A DNA stretch of 32,000 nucleotides from Desulfobulbus propionicus DSM 2032 (GTDB lineage: Bacteria > Desulfobacterota > Desulfobulbia > Desulfobulbales > Desulfobulbaceae), in contig NC_014972.1 of NCBI RefSeq assembly GCF_000186885.1, positions 2,490,001-2,522,000 on the forward strand. Reading direction: 5' to 3'. Under the pieces are notes generated by a model. That model did no database searches. It saw only the letters and a program-made list of their open reading frames with translations, and was not told the origin of the DNA. A program made the position numbers and the translations under genes. Within the stretch, counting starts at the first letter, position 1; each line of letters begins with the position of its first letter. Shown here one piece after another: positions 8,870 through 17,395 of this stretch.

Positions 8870-9292
8870 TTACTTCTCGTTTTCAGCTGGAACAGTGATC
8901 ATTCCCAGCTTTTCAAAACCCGCGGCATGAATGTCCGCCATGGTCGAGGTGACCACGCCGTACGGCACATTTTTATCCGCCCGCAGATAAATGCCCTCTT
9001 TTTTCACCTCGGGCGGCATATCGCGCAATTGTTGCTGGAGACTTTCCGAGGTAACTTTATCTTTTTTCAGGTACACATCCCCTTCCTTACGGATCGTGAC
9101 CACCAACGGTTCTTCCTGCTGGCGCAGGGCCTTGGTGGTGGCTTCCGGAAGTTCCACCTCGAGCCCCTGGGTCATCATCGGCGCCGTGACCATGAAAATG
9201 ATCAGAAGAACAAGCATGACATCGACAAGGGGGGTCACGTTGATTTCAGCAACAATGCTCCGCTTGCCCTTGTTGTTTCCTAGCGGTCCCAT
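8870..9292 (-). CDS. tolR: TolR (ExbD/TolR family biopolymer transport protein)
   Basis: The track ORF 8870..9622 overlaps tolQ. I trimmed it to the ATG at 9292, 4 nt after the tolQ stop. The product MGPLGNNKGKRSIVAEINVTPLVDVMLVLLIIFMVTAP... carries the canonical ExbD/TolR TM segment and signature. Confidence 0.85.
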   Translation of the reverse strand: MGPLGNNKGKRSIVAEINVTPLVDVMLVLLIIFMVTAPMMTQGLEVELPEATTKALRQQEEPLVVTIRKEGDVYLKKDKVTSESLQQQLRDMPPEVKKEGIYLRADKNVPYGVVTSTMADIHAAGFEKLGMITVPAENEK

Positions 9293-9296
9293 ACAA

Positions 9297-9989
9297 TCAC
9301 GTCCTGGTGAGAATGTCCCTTTCAATGAGGTTGATGAAATCGGTACTGAAACTCTCGACGTTGGAGTCGAATTCAGCCACCTTATTGGAAAAGTAATTGT
9401 AGAAAATGACTGCGGGAATAGCAACGGCAAGACCGGCTGCTGTGGCGACGAGCGCCTCGGAAATACCCGGCGCGACAACGGCGAGCGAGGCTGATCCCCG
9501 CTCGCCGATGCTTTGAAATGAAGCCATGATTCCCCATACCGTACCGAACAGACCGATGAACGGGGTTGCACTGCCAGTGGTGGCAAGGACACTAATATAA
9601 CTCGCCAAGCGGTCGGATTCAAGAAACTGAGCCTTCCGCACCGCTCGCTTCAGGTTGTCCATGGTCGCCAGCTGTGTTTCCAATGTCGCGAGGGCTTGCC
9701 CGGCGCTTCGTGCGGCGCTGATTTTTTTCAACTCGTTATACCCGGTGACAAAAACGGTCGCCTCGGGGCTGAGCGGATATTCCCGAGCAGCGTCATAGGC
9801 TTCGTTCAGGGTTTTACTGTCCCAAAAGGCATCGAGAAAATCGAGGGAAGCGTTTCGCGCTTTGCGAAACATGAGAAATTTCATAATGACAATCGACCAG
9901 GAAGCAACTGAAAAAATGAGCAAAATGAGCATGATCAATTTGCCCATCATCCCGGCATGCTTCATTATTTCAAAAATAGACAAACTCAC
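9297..9989 (-). CDS. tolQ: TolQ (MotA/TolQ/ExbB proton-channel family)
   Basis: 230 aa with three TM segments and a C-terminal TTGSATPFIGLFGTVWGIM...APGISEALVATAAGLAVAIPAV signature. The start codon is GTG at 9989, preceded by GAAGGAA. Confidence 0.9.
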   Translation of the reverse strand: MSLSIFEIMKHAGMMGKLIMLILLIFSVASWSIVIMKFLMFRKARNASLDFLDAFWDSKTLNEAYDAAREYPLSPEATVFVTGYNELKKISAARSAGQALATLETQLATMDNLKRAVRKAQFLESDRLASYISVLATTGSATPFIGLFGTVWGIMASFQSIGERGSASLAVVAPGISEALVATAAGLAVAIPAVIFYNYFSNKVAEFDSNVESFSTDFINLIERDILTRT

Positions 9990-10370
9990 GACGTTCCTTC
10001 TCGTTGAAATTGTTTTCTTTTGTCCCTGTCGTTAAGCGACAGGGGGTTGCCTGTCAATGTTGACGCCATGCGAAAACAGGCGCACAAAAACGTGACCCGC
10101 TCTGCAGCGTATCTCCTGCCGGTTATGACAGAATCTGCAAGCGGGCCAAAAAACATGGAATGTACCACATTTGGCCTGAATTCGATGCAGAAATCGCACC
10201 GTCCGGCAATCTGTGATCACAATAAATTTGAATTATATACGAATCCAATAAATCTGTCGACCTTGATATGGAGATGAGGTACAAATCTTCAGGAAGGATT
10301 CGTGTTTGTTTACACCTTTAGGAAAAACGACCCTTCAGTTTTATCGTTTCTCTCATCTAAGGAGCAGCAT

Positions 10371-11285
10371 ATGGCAGAACAACTGTATGATGTGGTTATT
10401 ATAGGTGCCGGACCGGCAGGCCTTCAGGCGGCCATTCATGCCACAAGAAAAAAAACCCGCGTATTGGTCTTGGGTCGGGCGGAAAACTCGGCCCTCTATG
10501 GCGCCCATATTGAAAATTATGCCTTTGTCGGCGGCATTCATACCGGGGCCGAGTTGCTGCATATTGGTGTCGAGCAGGCAAAAAATTTTGGCGCCGAAAT
10601 TTCTTGCGAGGATGTGCTCAAAATCTCCAATATCAACGAGCAATTTCATCTTAAGCTGGAAAATGGCCGAGAAATCGCTACGAGGACGCTGATTTTCTGC
10701 ATGGGGGTTTCCAAGAAAAAGCTCGGAGTTCCCGGCGAGAAGGAACTGCTGGGTCGAGGCGTTTCCTATTGTGTCGATTGCGATGCCAATTTCTATCGCG
10801 GAGCGGTCGTGACCGTAACCGGTGACCGGAGCGCCGCCGTTGATGGGGCGTTGACCTTGCTTGATTACGCCTCAAAGGTCTACCTGGTCACGGACACGTT
10901 GAATGTCTCCAAGGAATTGCTCGCCCGTCTCAAGGCAAGCACGGTAGAATGGATTGCAAGTACCGTCAAGCAGGTCAATGGCGAACGCGTTGTGCAGTCG
11001 CTCGTGCTGACCAACGGAGAAACCCTGGAAACAGAAGGGCTCTTCATCGAGCTTGGCTCCAAGGGCGCATTGGAACTCGCCACACAGATCGGAGTGCAGC
11101 TCGATAGCGAATCCTGCAAATATATCGAAGTCAACCGGAAGCAGGAAACCAACATCCCTGGAATTTACGCGGCGGGAGACATTGTCGGCCCCCCTTATCA
11201 GATGGCCAAGGCCGTCGGCGAGGGATGCGTCGCCGGCATGGAGGCGGCCACCTATGCGCGGAAACTGCGTGAGACTATGGGATAA
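10371..11285 (+). CDS. thioredoxin-reductase-like FAD flavoprotein with a CxxC (CVDC) centre but degenerate NAD(P)H-binding motifs
   Basis: The ATG at 10371 is preceded by AAGGAG. The FAD motif is VVIIGAGPAGLQAA, the redox motif is YCVDCDANFY, and the C-terminal FAD motif is IYAAGDIV. Where TrxB has GGGNSA and HRR, this protein reads TGDRSAA and VTDTLNV. Confidence 0.75.
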   Translation: MAEQLYDVVIIGAGPAGLQAAIHATRKKTRVLVLGRAENSALYGAHIENYAFVGGIHTGAELLHIGVEQAKNFGAEISCEDVLKISNINEQFHLKLENGREIATRTLIFCMGVSKKKLGVPGEKELLGRGVSYCVDCDANFYRGAVVTVTGDRSAAVDGALTLLDYASKVYLVTDTLNVSKELLARLKASTVEWIASTVKQVNGERVVQSLVLTNGETLETEGLFIELGSKGALELATQIGVQLDSESCKYIEVNRKQETNIPGIYAAGDIVGPPYQMAKAVGEGCVAGMEAATYARKLRETMG

Positions 11286-11292
11286 AAAAAAA

Positions 11293-11847
11293 TCATTCCT
11301 TCACCAGCGACTCGTTCGCACGCTGGCGCGACTCGTGAATGGATTTGAGATAACGGAAAATCTCCCGGCTATGCCGGGGGTTTCTCGTGCGGGCAAACAG
11401 GTAGGACAGCCGTGACAACGTCAGCACATCGATTTCAGGCAACTGCGCCTTGAGTTCCACCAAGGTCCGGCTTGACCAATTTTCTCCCCATTCCATGTTG
11501 CGCTCTTGACATGCCCGCTGTGTTTCCAAGGCTTCGTTGATGAGCGTGTCGCGGAAAAACTCGAGAGTGTGCAACTGCTTCCGTTCTGCCAAGAACTTGC
11601 CGCGATGTCGGCCGACCACGGCATACAGGGGTTCAAGCGAATGCTCCTGAAGCAGTTTGGTGAGATACTTGATTTGACGCTGCCTGGCACTTCCTTTCAG
11701 CCCAGCGGTTTCCCGAAAAATGGGTTTCAATTCCTCCAGACCAGCCACGTGATCAAGCACCTGGGGCGGCAACCGAACCAGTTCGGCCACCAGTTGTTCA
11801 ATTTCCTTGATTCGCCTTTTTTGTTCCGACCGGCTTACCTGCATCAC
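11293..11847 (-). CDS. darP: ribosome-associated protein YjgA/DarP family (DUF615)
   Basis: 184 aa. By eye it is collinear with E. coli YjgA. SRSEQKRRIKEIEQLV matches SKSEIKRDAEELKRLG, RQRQIKYLTKLL matches RRRQLQLIGKML, and the C-terminal HSREIFRYLKSI matches SARQIFQYLREL. Confidence 0.75.
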   Translation of the reverse strand: MMQVSRSEQKRRIKEIEQLVAELVRLPPQVLDHVAGLEELKPIFRETAGLKGSARQRQIKYLTKLLQEHSLEPLYAVVGRHRGKFLAERKQLHTLEFFRDTLINEALETQRACQERNMEWGENWSSRTLVELKAQLPEIDVLTLSRLSYLFARTRNPRHSREIFRYLKSIHESRQRANESLVKE

Positions 11848-11871
11848 GAAACGCCCCGTTGTTGAAAAGAG

Positions 11872-13086
11872 TTACTCCTTGATGGCCTTTTCGCCGAGCA
11901 GGGTGACAACCCTGTCCAAAATGCGATCGGCTGTGGCTTCCTTGCTCAGCAGCGGCAAGGGATGGATTTCCTTCCGTCCGATCAACGTAACCTGATTGGT
12001 TGCCACATCGAACCCGGTTTCCGAACCAAGAATATCATTGACCACGATCAGATCCAGGTTTTTTTCCCGGAGTTTTCGCTGTCCTTCGGACAGGTGATCG
12101 TGGCTCTCGGCAGCGAAGCCGACAAGAACCTGATGCGGTTGGCGACGATGGCCGAGCTCGGCCAGTATATCCCTGTTCTTGATCAAATCGAGCCGCAACC
12201 CTTGGTTCGTTTTCTTGATTTTCAAGGATTGGCAGCTTGCTGGCCGAAAATCAGCGACCGCTGCGGATTTGATGATCACATCCATGGCAGGAGCCTGTCC
12301 GAGCACTGCGGCTGCCATTTCCTCTGCGGTCGTTACCCGAATCACGTCAATGCCCCATGGATCGGCAAGCGCCACCGGCCCGGTGACCAAGGTCACCGCC
12401 GCTCCCCTGCGTTGCGCGGCTTGCGCCAGGGCAAACCCCATCTTGCCGCTGGAACGGTTGCTGAGGAAGCGTACGGGATCGATAGGTTCACGGGTTGGCC
12501 CTGCAGTGATCAAAACGCTCTTGCCTTTGAGATCGGCTGGCCCCAAAAGAAAAAGCAGGGCCTCCCGCGCGGCCTCCCATTCGGCCAACCGTCCGTCTCC
12601 GGTTTCCCCGCAAGCCAAGGCGCCACTCCCCGGTTGCACCAGATGATAGCCAAATTGCCGCAAGCGGTTCATGTTTTCCTGGGTGGCGGGGTGGGCCAGC
12701 ATCGAGGAATTCATTGCCGGACAGATCACCACCGGAACCTGGGCAGCAAGGACCACGGCCGCCAACAGGGTATCAGCCCAACCACCGGCAAGCCGGGCGA
12801 TAGTCTGCGCGGTTGCTGGCGCGATGACAAGCGCATCCGCTTCCCGGGACAGATTGATGTGCGCCATGACCCGATCGGGTGATTCATCAAACATGTCGCG
12901 GTAGACGGGATTACCGGAGAGAGCCGAAAAGGTCAATGGGGCGACAAACTTCTCGGCGGCCCCGGTCATGAGCACGGTCACCACCGCTTCTTCCTTGACC
13001 AGTTCCCGCACCCACTGGGCCGCCTTATAGGCGGCGATCGACCCGGTCACTCCCAGCAGAATATTCTTTCCTTGCAGACCCGACAT
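11872..13086 (-). CDS. coaBC: bifunctional phosphopantothenoylcysteine decarboxylase / phosphopantothenate-cysteine ligase
   Basis: 404 aa. The N-terminal flavoprotein motif is [14 protein letters not shown] with PAMNSSM. The C-terminal CoaB part contains [25 protein letters not shown] and AAVADFRP. Confidence 0.92.
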   Translation of the reverse strand: MSGLQGKNILLGVTGSIAAYKAAQWVRELVKEEAVVTVLMTGAAEKFVAPLTFSALSGNPVYRDMFDESPDRVMAHINLSREADALVIAPATAQTIARLAGGWADTLLAAVVLAAQVPVVICPAMNSSMLAHPATQENMNRLRQFGYHLVQPGSGALACGETGDGRLAEWEAAREALLFLLGPADLKGKSVLITAGPTREPIDPVRFLSNRSSGKMGFALAQAAQRRGAAVTLVTGPVALADPWGIDVIRVTTAEEMAAAVLGQAPAMDVIIKSAAVADFRPASCQSLKIKKTNQGLRLDLIKNRDILAELGHRRQPHQVLVGFAAESHDHLSEGQRKLREKNLDLIVVNDILGSETGFDVATNQVTLIGRKEIHPLPLLSKEATADRILDRVVTLLGEKAIKE

Positions 13087-13106
13087 GATGGAAAATTGGG
13101 AAATGT

Positions 13107-13610
13107 TTATTGGGAAAAGGATTCACCAAAGGAGCCGGATGAATCGCCAACCGAACCGGCGCCGCCGCCCCCTGTCTTGTCAATGGCCACATACAGTTTC
13201 AACTCGGTTTTACCAAGGACGCCCTCGGCGATGACCATCATGCATGTCTTGTTGGGCTTGATAAAGGCCAGCATGATGTTCTTCGAGGCCGTTTCCCCGA
13301 CAAGCCGCCACTTATTATCCTGCATGGAGGCGATCATGTAATCTTTCAAGGACATGATCTCGGCCCGCCCTTTGTACGTAAAAACACCCCCTCTGAAGGA
13401 CTCGGTCTTGATGACCATCGAGTTCTTTCGGTCCCACTGAAGTTCTGTTGGCAGGGTAATATCCTTGATATCGTCGGCGAAATTGGTCATTTGTGGCAAT
13501 CCGGAAGCGTCGGTCGCCATTTTACTGCCCGAGGAGGCGCAACCAGCGCAAAGGAGCATGAATGCCATCCCCAGGAAGAGCACCAATTTCATTCCATTAT
13601 TTGTTTTCAT
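13107..13610 (-). CDS. hypothetical probable lipoprotein
   Basis: The track ORF 13107..13739 was trimmed to the ATG at 13610, with GGAGG 9 nt upstream. The N-terminus is MKTNNGMKLVLFLGMAFMLLCAG|C. I do not recognise any family. The C-terminus is a Gly/Ser-rich tail. Confidence 0.5.
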   Translation of the reverse strand: MKTNNGMKLVLFLGMAFMLLCAGCASSGSKMATDASGLPQMTNFADDIKDITLPTELQWDRKNSMVIKTESFRGGVFTYKGRAEIMSLKDYMIASMQDNKWRLVGETASKNIMLAFIKPNKTCMMVIAEGVLGKTELKLYVAIDKTGGGGAGSVGDSSGSFGESFSQ

Positions 13611-13967
13611 GCGAGTCATCCTCCAGTTCTGAAAAGAGTTGTTCAGGCGGCTTTCTTTAAACGTCTGTGTAGAAAAGCCCGTTGAACGGAATCCGCTGAG
13701 CTCGGTCATGCGCCTTCCTGTCCTCATGGGTTCTCCCATTGTTTTCCTTCAAAAATCAGGGAGAAAAAAAGATATCCCCTGCCACGGCAGCGGACAGGCG
13801 ACCCAAGATAACCAGTTGTAAAAAAATAAGGTTTTAATGTCAATAAACATTCACTATGATACAGGGCAAATGTCTTGCCTCGACAAAAAGAGGCATCCCG
13901 ATCGGACGTTCAACGACCCAACCCACTCAATATTCTAAAAAACAGCATTCCACGCACAGCGGTTCCC

Positions 13968-14801
13968 ATGAAGCTCAACAACACCCCCTTGCCCCAACTC
14001 GACAGTTCCGCCGAACTCATCGACACCCATTGCCATCTTGACATGGAAGAGTACCAAGCCGATCTCGAAACAGTGATTCAGGCGGCGGCGCAACACGGCA
14101 TCCGCCGAATCATCACCATAGGGATTGATCTTGCCAGTTCCTGCCGGGCGGTCTCCCTTGCTCAGCAACATGCCGGAGTCTTTGCCACCGTGGGCATTCA
14201 TCCCCATGACGCCGACCAGGCGAACCGGGAGACGCTCAAGCAGCTTGCCGATCTGGCAAAAAATGCCCGCGTGGTCGGTTACGGCGAGATCGGCCTGGAT
14301 TATGCCAAGAAATATGCGCCCGCGGAGGTCCAGCGCAAGGCCTTCGCTGCGCAACTTCAACTGGCCAAGACACTTGATCTGCCGGTGGTGATTCACGACC
14401 GGGACGCCCATCAAGATGTGGCCCGTTTGATTCGATCTGCAGGCCCCTTTCCCCGGGGAGGCGTGATGCACTGCTTCTCCGGAGACAGACGATTGGCGGA
14501 GGAGATGGTTGATTGCGGTTTTTTCCTCTCCATTCCAGGCATTGTCACCTTTGCCAATGCGGCAACGTTGCACGACGTCATCCGGGCGATTGACCTCGAT
14601 CACCTGCTGCTGGAAACCGATGGACCCTTCCTTGCCCCCGTGCCCTATCGAGGCAAAAGAAATGAACCGAAATTGATGCTTTACACCGCGCAAATGGTCG
14701 CATCGCTCAAGCAGGTTTCCCTGGAGGAAGTGGCCAGGGCAACCACGACCAACGCGGTCCGCCTTTTTCACCTGCCCGAGGTTCGCCATGATTGTCGATA
14801 A
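13968..14801 (+). CDS. TatD-family metal-dependent hydrolase
   Basis: The sequence shows LIDTHCHLDM, GIHPHD, GEIGLDY, VIHDRDA, GVMHCFSG and ETDGPFLAP, the canonical TatD/YcfH metal-ligand pattern. The start is uncertain: ATG at 13968, or the track start at 13875. Confidence 0.85.
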   Translation: MKLNNTPLPQLDSSAELIDTHCHLDMEEYQADLETVIQAAAQHGIRRIITIGIDLASSCRAVSLAQQHAGVFATVGIHPHDADQANRETLKQLADLAKNARVVGYGEIGLDYAKKYAPAEVQRKAFAAQLQLAKTLDLPVVIHDRDAHQDVARLIRSAGPFPRGGVMHCFSGDRRLAEEMVDCGFFLSIPGIVTFANAATLHDVIRAIDLDHLLLETDGPFLAPVPYRGKRNEPKLMLYTAQMVASLKQVSLEEVARATTTNAVRLFHLPEVRHDCR

Positions 14802-15495
14802 TCTTACCCGAATTTTGACCACCATCGCGACAGCAGCGCGCAGATCAGGAAGGCATCCAGATACCGTCCAGTTGGTAGCGGTCAGTAAACAAGTCGGAGT
14901 AGAAGCCATTTGCGAGGCGGTCGCGGGCGGGCAAATGCTGTTCGGAGAAAACTATCTCCAGGAGGCAGCGGACAAAATCCCTCAATTGCCGCCCACGGTT
15001 CAGTGGCATTTCATCGGTCATCTGCAAAGCAATAAAGCGGCACAAGTGGCGGAACTCTTTACCATGGTGGAGACGGTCGATCGCTTCAAAGTCGCCAAGG
15101 CGCTCGATCTGCATGCCAAGCGATTAGACAAGCACCTGTCCATCCTCATCCAGGTCAATATCGGCCGGGAAAAACAGAAATCCGGGGTAATGCCCGAGGA
15201 AACAACAGAGCTTCTGCACGCCATCAGCGCGGAAACCAATCTTCGTGTTCGCGGTCTGATGGCGCTGCCCCCCTTTTTCTCCGATCCAGAAAAAAGCCGT
15301 CCCTATTTTCGCGCGCTCAGAGAACTCGCCCAACAGCTGGCCGTAAAAAAATTATTCCATGACAACGACGCTATTGAACTTTCCATGGGGATGTCCAACG
15401 ATTATCCTGTGGCGATCGAGGAAGGGGCAACCATTGTCCGCGTCGGAACAGCGCTGTTTGGCAGCAGAATGAAAGAAGGAGTTGAAAAAAAATGA
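14788..15495 (+). CDS. yggS: YggS-family pyridoxal-phosphate homeostasis protein
   Basis: 235 aa with VQLVAVSKQ (the PLP lysine), WHFIGHLQSNK, LSMGMSNDY and VRVGTALFG. It overlaps tatD by 14 nt and ugd by 4 nt (ATGA). Confidence 0.88.
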   Translation: MIVDNLTRILTTIATAARRSGRHPDTVQLVAVSKQVGVEAICEAVAGGQMLFGENYLQEAADKIPQLPPTVQWHFIGHLQSNKAAQVAELFTMVETVDRFKVAKALDLHAKRLDKHLSILIQVNIGREKQKSGVMPEETTELLHAISAETNLRVRGLMALPPFFSDPEKSRPYFRALRELAQQLAVKKLFHDNDAIELSMGMSNDYPVAIEEGATIVRVGTALFGSRMKEGVEKK

Positions 15496-16802
15496 ATATT
15501 ACCATGATCGGAACCGGTTACGTAGGCTTGGTCACCGGTACCTGTTTTGCCGAATTTGGCCATATTGTCACCTGTGTTGACAACATGGAAGAAAAGATCA
15601 TGCAATTAAACCAAGGGATTATTCCCATTTACGAACCCGGCCTCGACGTGTTGGTCAAAAAAAATACCGCCGAGGGCCGGTTACGTTTCACCACCGACCT
15701 CGCCCAGGCGATCCCCGAGGCGGATGCAGTCTTCATCGCCGTGGGCACGCCCAGTTCCCGTCGCGGTGACGGCTATGCCGACCTAACCTATATTTATGCG
15801 GCTGCGCGGGAACTGGCCGTCCAGCTGCGTAAGTATACCGTGGTTGTCGACAAGAGCACTGTACCGGTGGGCACGGCCCGGCAGGTCGAGCGAATTATCC
15901 GAGAAACCAATCCGCAGGCTGAATTCGATGTTGCCTCCAATCCGGAATTTTTGCGGGAGGGAGCTGCGATCAGCGATTTCATGCGCCCGGATCGCATCGT
16001 CATTGGGGTCGAGACGGAACGAGCGGGAAAAGTGCTCAAGGAAATTTATAAGCCCCTCTATCTACGCGATACACCGATCGTCCACACCACGATCGAAACA
16101 GCTGAGCTGACCAAGTATGCCGCCAACGCCTTTCTCGCGGTGAAAATCAGCTTTATCAACGAAATTGCCATGGTGTGCGAATCAGTCAACGCCAATGTCA
16201 TTGATCTGGCCAAAGCAATCGGCATGGATGGACGAATCGGCAGCAAATTTCTCCACCCCGGTCCAGGTTACGGCGGTTCCTGCTTTCCCAAGGATACCCT
16301 GGCCCTGATGCGCATCGTGCAGGAACATGGGGAAAATGTGCGCATCGTTGAAGCCGCGGTCGAGGTCAATGCGGCGCAAAAGGCAAGAATGGTAAAAAAA
16401 ATCAGAGAGATGCTCGGAGGTATCGAGGCCGGGAAAACCATCGCCATCCTTGGCCTAACCTTCAAGCCAGAAACCGATGACATGCGGGATGCGCCATCCA
16501 CGACCATTCTTCCCGCCCTGATAGAAAAAGGAGCGCGCATCCGGGCCCATGATCCCAAGGGCATGGAAGAGGCAAAAAAATACCTTCCCGCCGCCATTGA
16601 ATACGTCGACACCCCCTATGAGGCCGCAACAGGGGCGGACTGCATCGTGCTGATGACAGAATGGAATCAATATCGTGCCCTGGATCTGCGCCAGCTCAAA
16701 ACACGGATGAAGACCCCGATCTTTATCGATTTACGCAATGTCTACGATCCGGCCAGCATGAAAGAAGCCGGATTTCAGTATACGGGGGTCGGCAGGAAAT
16801 AG
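15492..16802 (+). CDS. ugd: UDP-glucose 6-dehydrogenase (UDP-glucose/GDP-mannose dehydrogenase family)
   Basis: 436 aa. The N-terminal Rossmann motif is ITMIGTGYVGLVTG. The catalytic region is GGSCFPKDT. Also present are NPEFLREG and the C-terminal UDP-binding domain LGLTFKPETDDMRDAP. Confidence 0.9.
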   Translation: MNITMIGTGYVGLVTGTCFAEFGHIVTCVDNMEEKIMQLNQGIIPIYEPGLDVLVKKNTAEGRLRFTTDLAQAIPEADAVFIAVGTPSSRRGDGYADLTYIYAAARELAVQLRKYTVVVDKSTVPVGTARQVERIIRETNPQAEFDVASNPEFLREGAAISDFMRPDRIVIGVETERAGKVLKEIYKPLYLRDTPIVHTTIETAELTKYAANAFLAVKISFINEIAMVCESVNANVIDLAKAIGMDGRIGSKFLHPGPGYGGSCFPKDTLALMRIVQEHGENVRIVEAAVEVNAAQKARMVKKIREMLGGIEAGKTIAILGLTFKPETDDMRDAPSTTILPALIEKGARIRAHDPKGMEEAKKYLPAAIEYVDTPYEAATGADCIVLMTEWNQYRALDLRQLKTRMKTPIFIDLRNVYDPASMKEAGFQYTGVGRK

Positions 16803-16814
16803 TTGGAAACAAAA

Positions 16815-16852
16815 CAGCTCCCTTTAGGGACAACAAGACCTAAAGGGAGCTG
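16815..16852. terminator. 12-bp perfect inverted repeat between the convergent ugd and PxxKW genes (possible bidirectional terminator)
   Basis: CAGCTCCCTTTA (16815-16826) pairs with TAAAGGGAGCTG (16841-16852) around a 14-nt loop. There is no clear U-tract, hence the moderate confidence. Confidence 0.45.
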
Positions 16853-16955
16853 CAAAGTGCTGAGGAAGGAGAAAAAGCAGTTGCGTGCCGAGCGGACACT
16901 GAAATGATCCACTGTGCTTGCACCACCCGCTAGAAGCAAGGAACAGCGCAATCAG

Positions 16956-17201
16956 TTACTTGCGACGGGAAGCTCGCTTGGCCGCCTTCAACGGGTTGAC
17001 CCGGATTTTTGCGACCTTTACCTCGGGTTTTGCATGGGTAGCAAAGTTGCAAATGCCCAACCGCCATTTCGCGGCCGGATTCATATAAGTTTCACAAAAT
17101 TTATTGCCGCTTGCCTCAACGATACGCTCGCACCCTTCGCACTGCTCGATAACCGGGAGAAATGCTCCTTCGCTGAATTTTGCCACGTCGCTTGTTTGCA
17201 T
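16956..17201 (-). CDS. PxxKW-family small cysteine-rich protein
   Basis: The track ORF was trimmed to the ATG at 17201, with AGGAG 8 nt upstream, giving 81 aa. The product is MQTSDVAKFSEGAFLPVIEQCEGCERIVEASGNKFCETYMNPAAKWRLGICNFATH... It has four Cys and the PAAKW motif. The family name is from memory of database naming. Confidence 0.6.
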   Translation of the reverse strand: MQTSDVAKFSEGAFLPVIEQCEGCERIVEASGNKFCETYMNPAAKWRLGICNFATHAKPEVKVAKIRVNPLKAAKRASRRK

Positions 17202-17234
17202 ATTGCCAACTCCTGAAAAAATATAAACTTTTTC

Positions 17235-17263
17235 TTGAATCAGAAAAAAATCTTCCATACAAT
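17235..17263 (+). promoter_or_regulatory. sigma-70-type promoter candidate for pilC
   Basis: TTGAAT (17235-17240), a 17-nt spacer, then TACAAT (17258-17263). It lies ~130 nt upstream of the pilC ATG. Confidence 0.4.
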
Positions 17264-17395
17264 TAAAACGTAATATGAGAGCTCAACGCTCTCGTCGTCC
17301 AAAAGATAACTTTTATAAAGGCTATTGCGCCGTCTGTCAATACCAACTCTTTCTTGTTGATATAAAATTGTTGGCAACTGTCTGGAGATTTCTTT

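Noticed and set aside
8870-9622. A 250-aa version of the tolR ORF extending to 9622
   Set aside because: The N-terminal 110 codons overlap tolQ in another frame and translate to non-protein-like sequence. The ATG at 9292, immediately after the tolQ stop, yields a canonical 140-aa TolR.
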